A stretch of 64,000 nucleotides of DNA, from contig CAYOFQ010000001.1 of assembly GCA_964403585.1 (NCBI GenBank), forward strand, positions 140,456 through 204,455. The letters run 5' to 3'. The position numbers were made by a program, and so were the translations under genes. The DNA comes from an uncultured Gammaproteobacteria bacterium (GTDB taxonomy: Bacteria; Patescibacteriota; Microgenomatia; JALYQM01). Below the pieces are notes generated by a model that saw only the letters and a list, made by a program, of their open reading frames with translations, searched no databases and was not told the DNA's origin. Positions 9,844-19,920 of the stretch are shown one piece after another. The stretch's first letter is position 1. Each line of letters begins with the position of its first letter.

Positions 9844-10707
9844 ATGCTCGATGATCTTCGTGGCTATTTTATGATGCTCTGTTACTCGGTTATTGAAACC
9901 CGGGTTGCTCGGGCGGTACTCGGCTGTTCGGTAATCATTGTACTGAGTTTCATATCACTACGGTTATTTGGCGGGTATGTCAATGCACCGCGCCCCACGA
10001 TTTTTATTACTTCCCCTCAAGCCGACGCGCTGGTAACAGACAAGCAAATACTGGTGAAGGGTAGGGTAGTACCACAGGACAGTGAAGTAACGGTTAATGG
10101 TCAGAAAGTTATCTCCAACGGTGACGGGACATTTTCCCAAATGGTCCAGGTCGCTGCCGGAGCCAATGTTATTAAATTTGAAGCCAGTTACTATGGAAGA
10201 AAATCCGGAGCTTTGCATACTGCTACCCGCATCTTAACTGAGGAGGAAAAAGCAGAGCAGACCGCCGCACTGCTAAAAGAAAAAGAAAAAGTCAAAGCCG
10301 ACGCGAATCAGCTCGCTACAGCCTTGCAAAGTGATGTCCTGGGCACTAGTGTCTCACCCAGTCCCCAACCGACCGCGACACCGGCACCGTCTTTACCGGC
10401 CGAAACAGATATTGATAAATTCAAACTGCCGCTCGGTGGCATGATCATGACTCAAAACGAAGTTAAGAAAAATGGTGAAACGATTCTTACCGGAATATTT
10501 AAAAATACCACCGGCAAAACACTACGCTGGGTGAAGATCAAAGCCGATTTCAAAAATACTGCCAATAGTCTGATAGACTCTAAGACCGGAGCGATCACGC
10601 TACCCGATCAGCATCTTGCTCCGGGTACCGAAGTAGAGTATACCGTACCGGCGACTATCAGTACCTATAACGATTTCGAGCTCAGGGTAGCATATGAGGC
10701 GCTATGA
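9844..10707 (+). CDS. Membrane-anchored protein with a probable Ig-like/beta-sandwich ectodomain and a Pro/Thr linker. Function unknown.
   Basis: N-terminal hydrophobic anchor, a beta-rich segment (VTDKQILVKGRVVPQDSEVTVNGQKVISNGDGTF), PT-rich linker. Stop overlaps the downstream start. Confidence 0.45.
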   Translation: MLDDLRGYFMMLCYSVIETRVARAVLGCSVIIVLSFISLRLFGGYVNAPRPTIFITSPQADALVTDKQILVKGRVVPQDSEVTVNGQKVISNGDGTFSQMVQVAAGANVIKFEASYYGRKSGALHTATRILTEEEKAEQTAALLKEKEKVKADANQLATALQSDVLGTSVSPSPQPTATPAPSLPAETDIDKFKLPLGGMIMTQNEVKKNGETILTGIFKNTTGKTLRWVKIKADFKNTANSLIDSKTGAITLPDQHLAPGTEVEYTVPATISTYNDFELRVAYEAL

Positions 10708-13163
10708 AACGCATCGTACCATATCTTATAATCATTCTCTCCGTCATTATTTTCTTTCCTAAAATTTTCTTTGCCGGTCATACCTTTATCTCTTCCGGCA
10801 TGGTTTCTACCGACTTGTATTTATTTAACTATCCGCTGAAGAGTCTTATGCATCAGACCATGCTGCAAGGCCGTGGGATTCCCTTGTGGACCGATTTAAT
10901 AGGCAACGGGTATCCAATCTTCGCCGAAGGACAAATGGGCGCGTTTTACCCGCTGCACTTGCTTTTCTTCGCTTTGCCATTCTCCACAATCCATCTTTTT
11001 AATGCGAATCTTATGCTTCACTATATACTTACCGGTATATTTACATATCTTTATATAAAAAATTGTATCAAATTATCACAAAGAGCATCAGTACTGGGAG
11101 CCTTTATATTCACTTTCTCGGGATATATGCTGACTCATTTACACCAGGTTAATATTATTCTTGAATTAACATACTTTCCGTTAAATTTACTTATTGCAGA
11201 GACCATAATTAAAATAAACCATGACACAAAACGATCAAAACTGGTGCTGAGTTTCTTAATACTCACACTCAGTTTATTTCTACAAATGACTGCCGGCCAC
11301 ATCGAAATGGTTTATTACAATCTTCTTTTTACCGGAATCTATGTCGTAATTCGCTTCTTTTTTGACCCAACGACCAGAACTAAAGTAGGCTCGAAGATTC
11401 TGCTATCTGTTACTGCTTTGCTGGTTACTACCATGCTGGCCTTACCACAATTATTCGCAACCTACGAGCTGGTTAAGTTCTCTCAACGCGAGTCCGGCAT
11501 TTCGTACGAATCAACCACCGGAACACTTTGGCCAATCGAGACCTTAATACTTTTTATAAATCCCAAAGCCTATGATGTTTATCGAGCCGAACCGGGGTAC
11601 AGTCCAAATAAGGCCGAGACAGTCAATATTGGCGCACTTTATCCGTATGTTGGAATCATTCCGCTACTCTTAACTATCTTTGCTATTTCCGGAATCTCTA
11701 AGAAAGAATCAATCAGTATCGCCGGTGAGTTGCCACGGAAAATTTGGACTGCTACTTTCTTAACGCTCCTGGTCTTTACGTATCTCTATGCGGTTGGCAG
11801 ATCAACACAGTTATTCTCTGTTGTCTGGGAAGTTATCCCGGGGATGAAGTTCTTTAGATTCCCGGTGAAAGCCATATATATTATTGAATTTTGTTTAGCT
11901 ATTTTAGCTAGTATTGGTTTACAGAAAATTGAAGAAAGTATTATTAATAAAACAAAAAACAATCAAACAAAAATTACCCAAAAAAGGCAATTATTACACA
12001 ATAAAACCGACGAAAAAATTAAGGCGGAAGAGGGGGTGCAAGGGAATAATGCGGGAAAAATTTCTTTAGCAACAATAGTAACTGTTCTGATAATTTCAGT
12101 CTGTTTTCTCGATCTGTGGGTCTTTAACCGGCCCACCCAGCCAACTATACCTGCCTCGGACTGGCTCCAAACTCCGGACTTTGCTGAGTATATAAATAGT
12201 CAGGAGTTGGATTGCAATTGTCCTGCTCAGGCAGGCTTCCGGAATTGGCGCAGCTACTCACACGGCACCAACAATATTGACTATACCCGTATCTTCGACT
12301 TCCCGCTGCAAAAAGACCTGCAAAATATCCTGCACATGGACTTTAACATGATCCACAATGTTGCGCTGAATAGAGAATGGGCAGTATTATTTCTTCAGCG
12401 GCAGACACTGCTCAATCGATTTAATACCCAGATCGATTTTGACACCGGCGTGCTCACTTTGCCGCCGGAAATGAAAAAGTCATTAGATCTTCAGTCTGTC
12501 CGCTATCTGATATCCGATCTTAAAATTGACGACCCCAATCTTGAACTGGTAAAAACGCATCAGTTCTCATCCAAGGTCAACCATGTCATTTTTATTGCCG
12601 GCTCAACCGACGCCAAATACTTTCCAACTGACCATGCCTACTTATACCGTAATAAGTCATACTATCCGAGGGTGACCATTACTCCGCAATCGCAGGCAAT
12701 CTATCTGACCGCTCAAGACAAGCAAGCCGGCAATATTCTCCAAACCGTCCTCTCTCCGGATTTTGATCCTGCCAAACAAACGATTATTGAAAAAAGCGAA
12801 ACTGTCTCTACTGCTGCCCAACAGTCGGAAACATCAATAAAAGCAGACTATCAAATTCTTTCATACACCGACCAGGATATGGAAATCCAAATCAACACCG
12901 ATCAGCCCGCGTACTTTACCCTTGCCGATACATATTATCCCGGCTGGACCGCTACTCTGGATAACCGGGAAGTCGAAGTCCTTAAGGCGAACTACGCCTT
13001 CAAGTCTGTTGCTGTTCCCGCCGGCTCACACCGGCTGCGCCTAAGTTTCACTCCCACACAATGGAATGTCACCCGAGTTATCGTACTCGCTGGATGGAGT
13101 GTCATAGCAACCGGGAGTATTTACCTGCTAATCAACTTCATAAAATCAAAGAAAAGAGTATAA
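10704..13163 (+). CDS. YfhO-family polytopic membrane glycosyltransferase (GT-C fold)
   Basis: N-terminal motif LWTDLIGNGYPIFAEGQMGAFYPLHLLFF. C-terminal YYPGWTATLDNREVEVLKANYAFKSVAVPAGSHRLRLSFTP. Many TM helices, 819 aa. Confidence 0.6.
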   Translation: MKRIVPYLIIILSVIIFFPKIFFAGHTFISSGMVSTDLYLFNYPLKSLMHQTMLQGRGIPLWTDLIGNGYPIFAEGQMGAFYPLHLLFFALPFSTIHLFNANLMLHYILTGIFTYLYIKNCIKLSQRASVLGAFIFTFSGYMLTHLHQVNIILELTYFPLNLLIAETIIKINHDTKRSKLVLSFLILTLSLFLQMTAGHIEMVYYNLLFTGIYVVIRFFFDPTTRTKVGSKILLSVTALLVTTMLALPQLFATYELVKFSQRESGISYESTTGTLWPIETLILFINPKAYDVYRAEPGYSPNKAETVNIGALYPYVGIIPLLLTIFAISGISKKESISIAGELPRKIWTATFLTLLVFTYLYAVGRSTQLFSVVWEVIPGMKFFRFPVKAIYIIEFCLAILASIGLQKIEESIINKTKNNQTKITQKRQLLHNKTDEKIKAEEGVQGNNAGKISLATIVTVLIISVCFLDLWVFNRPTQPTIPASDWLQTPDFAEYINSQELDCNCPAQAGFRNWRSYSHGTNNIDYTRIFDFPLQKDLQNILHMDFNMIHNVALNREWAVLFLQRQTLLNRFNTQIDFDTGVLTLPPEMKKSLDLQSVRYLISDLKIDDPNLELVKTHQFSSKVNHVIFIAGSTDAKYFPTDHAYLYRNKSYYPRVTITPQSQAIYLTAQDKQAGNILQTVLSPDFDPAKQTIIEKSETVSTAAQQSETSIKADYQILSYTDQDMEIQINTDQPAYFTLADTYYPGWTATLDNREVEVLKANYAFKSVAVPAGSHRLRLSFTPTQWNVTRVIVLAGWSVIATGSIYLLINFIKSKKRV

Positions 13164-13170
13164 TCCAGGT

Positions 13171-13512
13171 ATGAACAAAGTTGGAACATTTAATGTCGCT
13201 GTCGCAGTCTGTATCGAAAAAGGGGATAAAATTCTCATTACGCAACGCTCACTCAAACGAGATCATGCTCCGGGCGAGTGGGAAGGAGGTATTACCGGCA
13301 GGATCGACCAGGGAGAAACCTGTGAGGAAGCTGCCCACCGTGAAGTTAAAGAAGAAACAGGACTCGAAGTAGACTTAATTGCTCCGTTCCATACCTTTCA
13401 CTTTTACCGGGGTACTGAGAAAGCTGAGCATATTGGTATTAGTTTCTGGGCCAAATACAAAAGTGGTATCAACTATGAACTCTCTCCATCAGGAAATTCT
13501 CGAACTGCTTAA
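13171..13512 (+). CDS. Nudix hydrolase (small)
   Basis: Nudix box GRIDQGETCEEAAHREVKEETGLEV (GX5EX7REVXEEXG). Confidence 0.7.
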   Translation: MNKVGTFNVAVAVCIEKGDKILITQRSLKRDHAPGEWEGGITGRIDQGETCEEAAHREVKEETGLEVDLIAPFHTFHFYRGTEKAEHIGISFWAKYKSGINYELSPSGNSRTA

Positions 13513-14194
13513 GCAGCATGCCACCGTAGATGTTCCCCAGGAAATTAATCTTCGCTATCACGGTAATACCCATTATTATTATGGTTTGCGCGTTCCGTTA
13601 AAACGACAACTAGTCAGTTCTTTTGTGAAGTCTCACCCGGAGCTAACCCCGCAATCCTTTGCAGAACTTATAACCAGCTTGGTAGAGGGACCTTCCTATG
13701 AAGAAAAAACGTTTGGCGGACATTTAGTTGAAACTGCCACTAAGCTGCGTCGTCAATTAGATCCAAACCTGCTTGATCACTGGCTTGATAATCTTGTCGG
13801 TTGGGCGGAAATCGACACATTCTGTCAATCCTCGTTTACTGCCGAAGAATTGCTCACCAACTGGGATACCTGGCAGGAACTGTTACGGAATTTTGCTAAA
13901 GATCCAAATATTTCCAAGCGCCGTGCCAGCCTGGTCTTACTCATAAAATCAGTGGGAACATCACCGGATTCGAAACTTTCTCAGTTGGCATTCGAAAATA
14001 TCCGGGCACTACAACACGAAAAAGACATCCTTATTACCAAAGCCATCTCCTGGCTATTGCGCACCTTGATCAAGTATCATCAGGAAGAAGTTACCGAGTA
14101 TCTCGAAAAGAACCGCGATAAACTGCCAAAAATAGCTGTTCGCGAAACTGCTATAAAATTGAAATACGGGATCAAAAACTATAAAGGAGTTTGA
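13475..14194 (+). CDS. DNA alkylation repair protein (AlkC/AlkD-like HEAT-repeat glycosylase family). ATG 13475 is preferred over the overlapping longer ORF starting at 13379.
   Basis: Similar to the DNA_alkylation family: LRYHGNTHYYYGLRVP ... HWLDNLVGWAEIDTF ... SKRRASLVLL ... KAISWLLR. Confidence 0.5.
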   Translation: MNSLHQEILELLKQHATVDVPQEINLRYHGNTHYYYGLRVPLKRQLVSSFVKSHPELTPQSFAELITSLVEGPSYEEKTFGGHLVETATKLRRQLDPNLLDHWLDNLVGWAEIDTFCQSSFTAEELLTNWDTWQELLRNFAKDPNISKRRASLVLLIKSVGTSPDSKLSQLAFENIRALQHEKDILITKAISWLLRTLIKYHQEEVTEYLEKNRDKLPKIAVRETAIKLKYGIKNYKGV

Positions 14195-14198
14195 AAAG

Positions 14199-14855
14199 AT
14201 GAAATTGTTATTAACTTCTTCAGGGCTTACTAATGAATCAATAGTTACGGCCCTGGTCGAACTACTTAATCAACCATTAGACAGGACTAAGCTTGCCTTT
14301 ATTCCGACAGCCGCTAATATTGAAGAAGGGGACAAGTCGTGGGTCATCGACGACCTGAACAATTGCCGTAAGTGCGGGTTCAGTGAAATAGATATCGTAG
14401 ATTTTTCTGCCATACCTCAGGATGAGTGGCTACCACGGTTTGAAACTGCAGATGTACTACTGTTTGAAGGTGGAAACACGAGTTATTTATTAAAAAAAGT
14501 CCTTGAACACGGCCTGGCGCACAAACTGCCTGAGTTATTGAAAAGTAAAGTATATGTGGGGATTAGTGCTGGCAGTATGATTACCGCACCGCGGGTTTCT
14601 CTCAGCTACGATAAAATACTCTACCACGAAGAAACAGGACACCTTCAGGAAGATACTGCCTTAAACTATGTGAAATTCCAGATCCGTCCACACTTGAACT
14701 CACCAATTTTTCCCAAGGTCACCGGTGAATTACTGTCGCAAATTGCCACAGAGATCCCTGACACCTTCTATGCTATAGATGACCAGACAGCTATCCAGGT
14801 AATTGACGGTCAAATCCGGGTAGTTTCTGAAGGACTCTGGAAGAAGTATAATTAA
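14199..14855 (+). CDS. Peptidase S51 family (dipeptidase E / cyanophycinase-like)
   Basis: MKLLLTSSG...LAFIPTAA...LLFEGGNTSYLL...YVGISAGSMI, a typical S51 Ser nucleophile context. Confidence 0.65.
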   Translation: MKLLLTSSGLTNESIVTALVELLNQPLDRTKLAFIPTAANIEEGDKSWVIDDLNNCRKCGFSEIDIVDFSAIPQDEWLPRFETADVLLFEGGNTSYLLKKVLEHGLAHKLPELLKSKVYVGISAGSMITAPRVSLSYDKILYHEETGHLQEDTALNYVKFQIRPHLNSPIFPKVTGELLSQIATEIPDTFYAIDDQTAIQVIDGQIRVVSEGLWKKYN

Positions 14856-14859
14856 AACT

Positions 14860-15435
14860 ATGTCAATCGAATACGAAGCAACGTTTGCCAATATTGATAA
14901 GTACAAAATGCGTGCAGTTCTGAAGCAGTCTGGAGCACAACTGGTACGCCCGGAGTTCTTGCAAAAACGAATCGTATATAATCTTCCCAAAGGAAGCCAG
15001 CTGAATTCAGGTTGGGTACGCGTGCGCGACGAAGGAGATAAAATCACCCTGAGCGTCAAATATCTCGACGGTGACAGAATCGAGAACCAGCATGAGATTT
15101 ATCTGGTGGTAAGTAGTTTCTCCGAAGCCGATGCTTTGGTAAAAACGTTAGGTTGTGAACAGAAATCATATCAGGAGACCAGACGGGAGTTATGGAAACT
15201 GGACCAGGTGGAAATAACCACCGACGAATGGCCGTTTCTTGAACCAATTATCGAAATAGAAGGGCATTCCGAAGCCGAAGTAAAAGACTGTGCCGAAAAA
15301 CTCGGCTTAAACTACGCCGAGGCTATCTTCGGTGCAATTGACAGTGTGTACAGCCGAAAGTACGGCATCAGCGCCGACCGAATAAATAATCACACTCCGG
15401 AAATTCTATTTAATAGTACTAATCCTTTTTTATAA
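14860..15435 (+). CDS. CYTH-domain protein (CyaB-like class IV adenylyl cyclase / triphosphate tunnel metalloenzyme)
   Basis: N-terminal IEYEATF (EXEXK-like), WVRVRDEGDKITLSVKY, about 190 aa. Confidence 0.55.
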   Translation: MSIEYEATFANIDKYKMRAVLKQSGAQLVRPEFLQKRIVYNLPKGSQLNSGWVRVRDEGDKITLSVKYLDGDRIENQHEIYLVVSSFSEADALVKTLGCEQKSYQETRRELWKLDQVEITTDEWPFLEPIIEIEGHSEAEVKDCAEKLGLNYAEAIFGAIDSVYSRKYGISADRINNHTPEILFNSTNPFL

Positions 15436-15436
15436 T

Positions 15437-15895
15437 ATGCGAACAATCAACCGAACTATCGTCTCCGCCTTATTAATTTCGCAGGATAATAAGCTCTTTA
15501 TGGGTAAAAAAGATCCGAAAGGTGGTGGAGTGTATAGTGATTGCTGGCACATTCCGGGTGGAGGAATAGAGACAGGAGAAGATCAAATAGCTGCCTTAAT
15601 TCGCGAAATTAGCGAAGAAACCGGCATTGACATCTCCCACCTTCCTATCACGCTAGTGAGTAATGACGGAACAGGGGAGTCAGAAAAAACGCTTCAGGAA
15701 ACAGGGGAGACGGTCTTGGTCAAAATGCAGTTCAATGTTTATAGGGTAAATCTTTCCGAACCGGCCGAAAGTATACCAGTGCAGTTGAGTGACGATCTGG
15801 TGGAATACCACTGGTTCGATAGTACCAAATTAGATCAAGTTAAATTAACTCCGCCCTCGGTTGAATTATTTAAAAAACTTGGCTATATAGCGTAA
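15437..15895 (+). CDS. Nudix hydrolase
   Basis: Nudix box GGGIETGEDQIAALIREISEETGI. Confidence 0.7.
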   Translation: MRTINRTIVSALLISQDNKLFMGKKDPKGGGVYSDCWHIPGGGIETGEDQIAALIREISEETGIDISHLPITLVSNDGTGESEKTLQETGETVLVKMQFNVYRVNLSEPAESIPVQLSDDLVEYHWFDSTKLDQVKLTPPSVELFKKLGYIA

Positions 15896-15897
15896 CT

Positions 15898-16536
15898 ATG
15901 CACCCTGAGATTCGACTCATTTGTTTTGATCTAAATAAAACCCTGATCCGGGAGAACACCTGGTATAATCTCAATCTTGCCCTGGGCGTTTCGCACGCCG
16001 AAGATCAGGCGCTGCTTCAGCAATATGAAGCAGGCACATTAAGGTATCATTCCTGGCTGGATATATTGATGAAAAAATACCAGGAAAGTGGAACGGCGAA
16101 CAGGGAAACTATCGAACGGGTAGTGCGCAGGTACACGTTCTTACCCGGAGCACGCGAAGCGGTTCACTATGTTAAAAAGCAGGGATATCACACTGCCTTA
16201 GTCACAGGAGCTATGGATATTCTAGCTGAAGAAGTTGCGCTAGAGCTTGGCATCGACCACTGGCGGGCACATCATCAGTTCATATTTGATACGGAAAACC
16301 GGCTGACAGACATTACCATTCTTGGTGATGAACAGCAAACGAAAGTCGATCAGCTGCAGGAAATTTGTAATGAATTGGATATTTCGCTGACACAATGTGC
16401 CTGTGTTGGCGACGGCGACAACGATGTCGCGCTCTTTAAAGCTACAGCGCATGGAATTACGTTTAAAGAGTCGCGCGTGGCATCGCAAGCCTGGCGTGTT
16501 ATTGCCGATTTAACGGAATTAAGTACGGTAGTATAA
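15898..16536 (+). CDS. HAD-superfamily hydrolase (HAD-IB / phosphoserine-phosphatase-like)
   Basis: Motif I CFDLNKTL, motif II LVTGA, motif IV GDGDNDVALFK. Confidence 0.65.
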   Translation: MHPEIRLICFDLNKTLIRENTWYNLNLALGVSHAEDQALLQQYEAGTLRYHSWLDILMKKYQESGTANRETIERVVRRYTFLPGAREAVHYVKKQGYHTALVTGAMDILAEEVALELGIDHWRAHHQFIFDTENRLTDITILGDEQQTKVDQLQEICNELDISLTQCACVGDGDNDVALFKATAHGITFKESRVASQAWRVIADLTELSTVV

Positions 16537-16543
16537 TCTGTAC

Positions 16544-17086
16544 ATGCAACAAGTTACCTTGGAACTTACTTTGACCGGATACATCGGCAATCTTCGAAGG
16601 GATCGGCATGCAGTTCTTATTCCGCAATACCCTGACGGGAGATTTCTTATCGGTGAAAAAAAATACTTGTACCCGCCTGGGATTTACCGCCTTATCGGCG
16701 GCGGGGTCGAAGCAGGGGAAACTCCCGAAGAAGCAATCATTCGCGAAGCTGCAGAAGAACTTGGTATTACTATTGACTCAAGTGAAATAATCCCCTTGGT
16801 GGAAATTAAAACCGACGCTACAACCCCGGACAACCGGTATAGTTTTATTACGTATATTTTCTTGTATAAATTATCGCCGAATGCCCAAATCACTCCCGCC
16901 GACGACTTATCCGGCGTCAAAATAATGGCTCTGGAGGAAATACCTGAACTTGTTACTAACTACACCAATCTTAAAGATGATGATATTTTCAAAGATGGAG
17001 AGTATCAACACTCCTGGGGAGACTACGGCAAAATCTATGGGCCTATTCACCGGATCGTCTACGAACTTCTAAAGGCACGCACTTAA
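16544..17086 (+). CDS. Nudix hydrolase
   Basis: Nudix box GGGVEAGETPEEAIIREAAEELGI. Confidence 0.7.
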   Translation: MQQVTLELTLTGYIGNLRRDRHAVLIPQYPDGRFLIGEKKYLYPPGIYRLIGGGVEAGETPEEAIIREAAEELGITIDSSEIIPLVEIKTDATTPDNRYSFITYIFLYKLSPNAQITPADDLSGVKIMALEEIPELVTNYTNLKDDDIFKDGEYQHSWGDYGKIYGPIHRIVYELLKART

Positions 17087-17883
17087 GCATTCTCAAATCG
17101 CTTACTAATTTCGTCTAGCTTGTTTTGGATATAACTTTCTTTTTCGTACATCAATTCCAGTTTATTTTCCATTTCCTTTTCCTCACGTTGAAGATCTTCA
17201 ATTTTCTTTTCTTCATTTTTTCGTTCGTCCTTAATATCCATTTCCACTAAGTAAGAGGAAATACTGGCTGTCACAATACCGAAAATCGAAACACCGAAGA
17301 TAATCAGCAGAACCGCCAGAGCCCGACCGTTCGGCGTCTTCGGATACACATCTCCATATCCAACCGTCGCCACAGTAACTACTGAAAACCACAACGCGTC
17401 TGCAAAATTCTTAAATAAAGAGTCGGGAGTTTTTTCAAACATGAGGAACAAGTCTGCCGAAAGAATCACCAGTACAATACTGAAGAGCAGTATTTCAAAA
17501 ATACGATATCGCCTAAAAGCCGGAAATCGATGATTGGCTTGCTCGGCAAAAACTAAAATACCGAACCGGGAGAACGGGAATAGTCGTAAAGGGCGAAGAA
17601 AGGGAAACAGAATAATAAAGATGACTAAGAAATCCCGTTTGAGGTAATTCCACTTATTTTTTGCAGTCAACAGCTTTAATACAAACTCAATAAGGAACGC
17701 TACCCACAAAACCGTATACAGAACATCTGTTAAGTGTACAAATGTCGAATCAACAAATACATTCCATAGCAATAAAATGAGTAATGCAATGGAAAAGATA
17801 AGCAACGCTCTCTCAACAATATACGCCAGGTCTCGAAGGGTAAAAGGATCCTGATGAACTCTGGCATGTTGTTCTGACGACAT
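17083..17883 (-). CDS. Potassium channel family protein with a C-terminal coiled-coil. Start at the internal ATG (MSSEQ...) is preferred, to avoid overlapping the divergent gene.
   Basis: Selectivity filter TVATVGYGDVYP. Several TM helices including an Arg-containing S4-like helix. Lys/Glu-rich coiled-coil tail. Confidence 0.75.
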   Translation of the reverse strand: MSSEQHARVHQDPFTLRDLAYIVERALLIFSIALLILLLWNVFVDSTFVHLTDVLYTVLWVAFLIEFVLKLLTAKNKWNYLKRDFLVIFIILFPFLRPLRLFPFSRFGILVFAEQANHRFPAFRRYRIFEILLFSIVLVILSADLFLMFEKTPDSLFKNFADALWFSVVTVATVGYGDVYPKTPNGRALAVLLIIFGVSIFGIVTASISSYLVEMDIKDERKNEEKKIEDLQREEKEMENKLELMYEKESYIQNKLDEISKRFENA

Positions 17884-17922
17884 ATATAAGTAGTATTGCA
17901 AAGTCCATTCAAATTTGCAAAG

Positions 17923-19920
17923 ATGCTTGCTATGAGACACCTGCCACTTCTTCCACCACTCGTTCTGTTCTGTTTCTTCTTTTCGCTCTACCTCTTTACC
18001 ATGCCACCGACAGTATACTGGCAGGATGCCGGCATCTATTTGTCTGGGTTGTATGTTGGGGGGAATGTGTACCCACCAGGGTTCCCGCTATATATGGTGT
18101 TTGGCAAAATATGGACACAGATTATACCCACGGAGCTTTTTACTCAAAAAGTCCATGCCTTCTCAGCTTGGGCAGGCGCAATTTCGAGCGTGTTAGGCTA
18201 TGTCATTACCATGGAATTTATAAACAGTAAAAGTACTCTGTTTAGAAAGAAAAAGGTATTACAAGGGAGCAATATTGAAGGAGAAAGCATTGCAGGTAAA
18301 GTCGATCCGGTCGACAGTAAACCAATCGGTAAACAGGTGGCCGCAATTGTTTCCGCACTATTAATTGGACTCAATTTTAATTTGTGGGCCCAGGCCATCA
18401 ATGCCGAAGTATACGCGTTACACGTATTAATCTTTTCTTGGATAGTATATTTAATCATACTATTAGGAAAAGAGGGGAGAATCGAAAAAGAAATAAACTC
18501 AAAACAAAAGAGGATAGTTATTGTCATAGCAATAATTTATGGATTGTCATTTGCTAACCATCCCATGACCATTGTTCTGGCACCGGTATTCATAGGTATC
18601 GCTTTTTACCAAAAAAATATTTTCTACCACACCAGATTACTTGTAATCGCCGCATTGCTTTTCGGAATATCCGGAGTCGGGTTCTATGCGTATCTGCCGC
18701 TTACGGCCAATACACACCCAATCATCAATTGGGGCAATCCAAACAATGTGAGCAGATTTATTAAGCATGTTACCGGTGAAGCATACGTAACGGGAGAACA
18801 AAGTTTTGTTTTCACCGACCTTACAAGATACAAAGCTGCACTGGAGGAGTTCACCTGGGAATTCGGCTATACCGGATTAGTACTTGCCTTAATCGGATTT
18901 GTATTATTAACTAAGAGCGATCGATTCTTAGCAGCGCTTAGTGCAGTAATTATTATTTTTCACCTCATTTTTGCTGTATTATATAAACAAACTACCGAAT
19001 ATAACTCCTGGTTATTACCGGCGCATATGATACTCGCCATACTAATAGGATACGCGGTATATGGAATATTTTCTGAGCTAAGAACTAATCTCCAGGGAAA
19101 AACGTATACACTGCCAATACTCGGACTGGTAAGTACCATATTGTTTACCTCATTTATCATCCCGCATTGGACAGCAAATCTCAATGAGCTCAACCGTAGC
19201 GCATATTATTATGCGGAAGATTTCGGCCGGAATATTCTTGGGAATTTGGATCCCAATAGCCTCATTATTATGACCGGGGATCAGGAATCATCCACCGTCA
19301 TGTACTTGCAAACGGTAAAACAGTTCCGAACTGATGTACTGGCTTTCAAAAACATTGAGGTAGATGAATTGCAAACCGCCGAAGGTCGTGCTGAGCTTAG
19401 CAGAAGATACCCCGGTCTCATAGTTCCACCGGAAAATACAGACTCCGAACAGGTAAAAGACTCTTCACGGTACCTGAACCGGTTAATTGACGCCAATATT
19501 TCCAGTCGCTCAGTCTACCTTATGACCAAAAGCCTTTTTGCACTGGATACAAAATATGGACTTATTCCGGCTGCAGCCATGTATAAAGTTGTCCCGTTAA
19601 ATTGCACAGACTGCAATACAGATATTGATCTGAAATACTGGAAATTTACATTCCATGACCCGAACTATTATCAAAAGAAGGAACGGCCGTTAATGTCGCT
19701 TAAGGATGCCAGTGCTCCGGGAGGAACACGACGAGTGCAGTATATTCAACACATGATCAATTTTGAGCTGCAGTCCTGGAAAAACCTCGGCGATTATTAC
19801 TACCTGAAAGGGGAATGCAAAAATGCTGTCGACAGTTATAATAAAATGGTTAGGATTAATAAAAATATATTCAATGAATTACCTCAAGTTAAGGAAAATA
19901 GTACCGCGTGTTACAGGTAA
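17923..19920 (+). CDS. DUF2723 / TMEM260-like GT-C glycosyltransferase (second paralog). ATG 17923 is preferred over TTG 17896.
   Basis: PPTVYWQDAGIYLSGLYVGGNVYPPGFPLYMVFG matches the DUF2723 signature. Polytopic. Confidence 0.65.
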   Translation: MLAMRHLPLLPPLVLFCFFFSLYLFTMPPTVYWQDAGIYLSGLYVGGNVYPPGFPLYMVFGKIWTQIIPTELFTQKVHAFSAWAGAISSVLGYVITMEFINSKSTLFRKKKVLQGSNIEGESIAGKVDPVDSKPIGKQVAAIVSALLIGLNFNLWAQAINAEVYALHVLIFSWIVYLIILLGKEGRIEKEINSKQKRIVIVIAIIYGLSFANHPMTIVLAPVFIGIAFYQKNIFYHTRLLVIAALLFGISGVGFYAYLPLTANTHPIINWGNPNNVSRFIKHVTGEAYVTGEQSFVFTDLTRYKAALEEFTWEFGYTGLVLALIGFVLLTKSDRFLAALSAVIIIFHLIFAVLYKQTTEYNSWLLPAHMILAILIGYAVYGIFSELRTNLQGKTYTLPILGLVSTILFTSFIIPHWTANLNELNRSAYYYAEDFGRNILGNLDPNSLIIMTGDQESSTVMYLQTVKQFRTDVLAFKNIEVDELQTAEGRAELSRRYPGLIVPPENTDSEQVKDSSRYLNRLIDANISSRSVYLMTKSLFALDTKYGLIPAAAMYKVVPLNCTDCNTDIDLKYWKFTFHDPNYYQKKERPLMSLKDASAPGGTRRVQYIQHMINFELQSWKNLGDYYYLKGECKNAVDSYNKMVRINKNIFNELPQVKENSTACYR

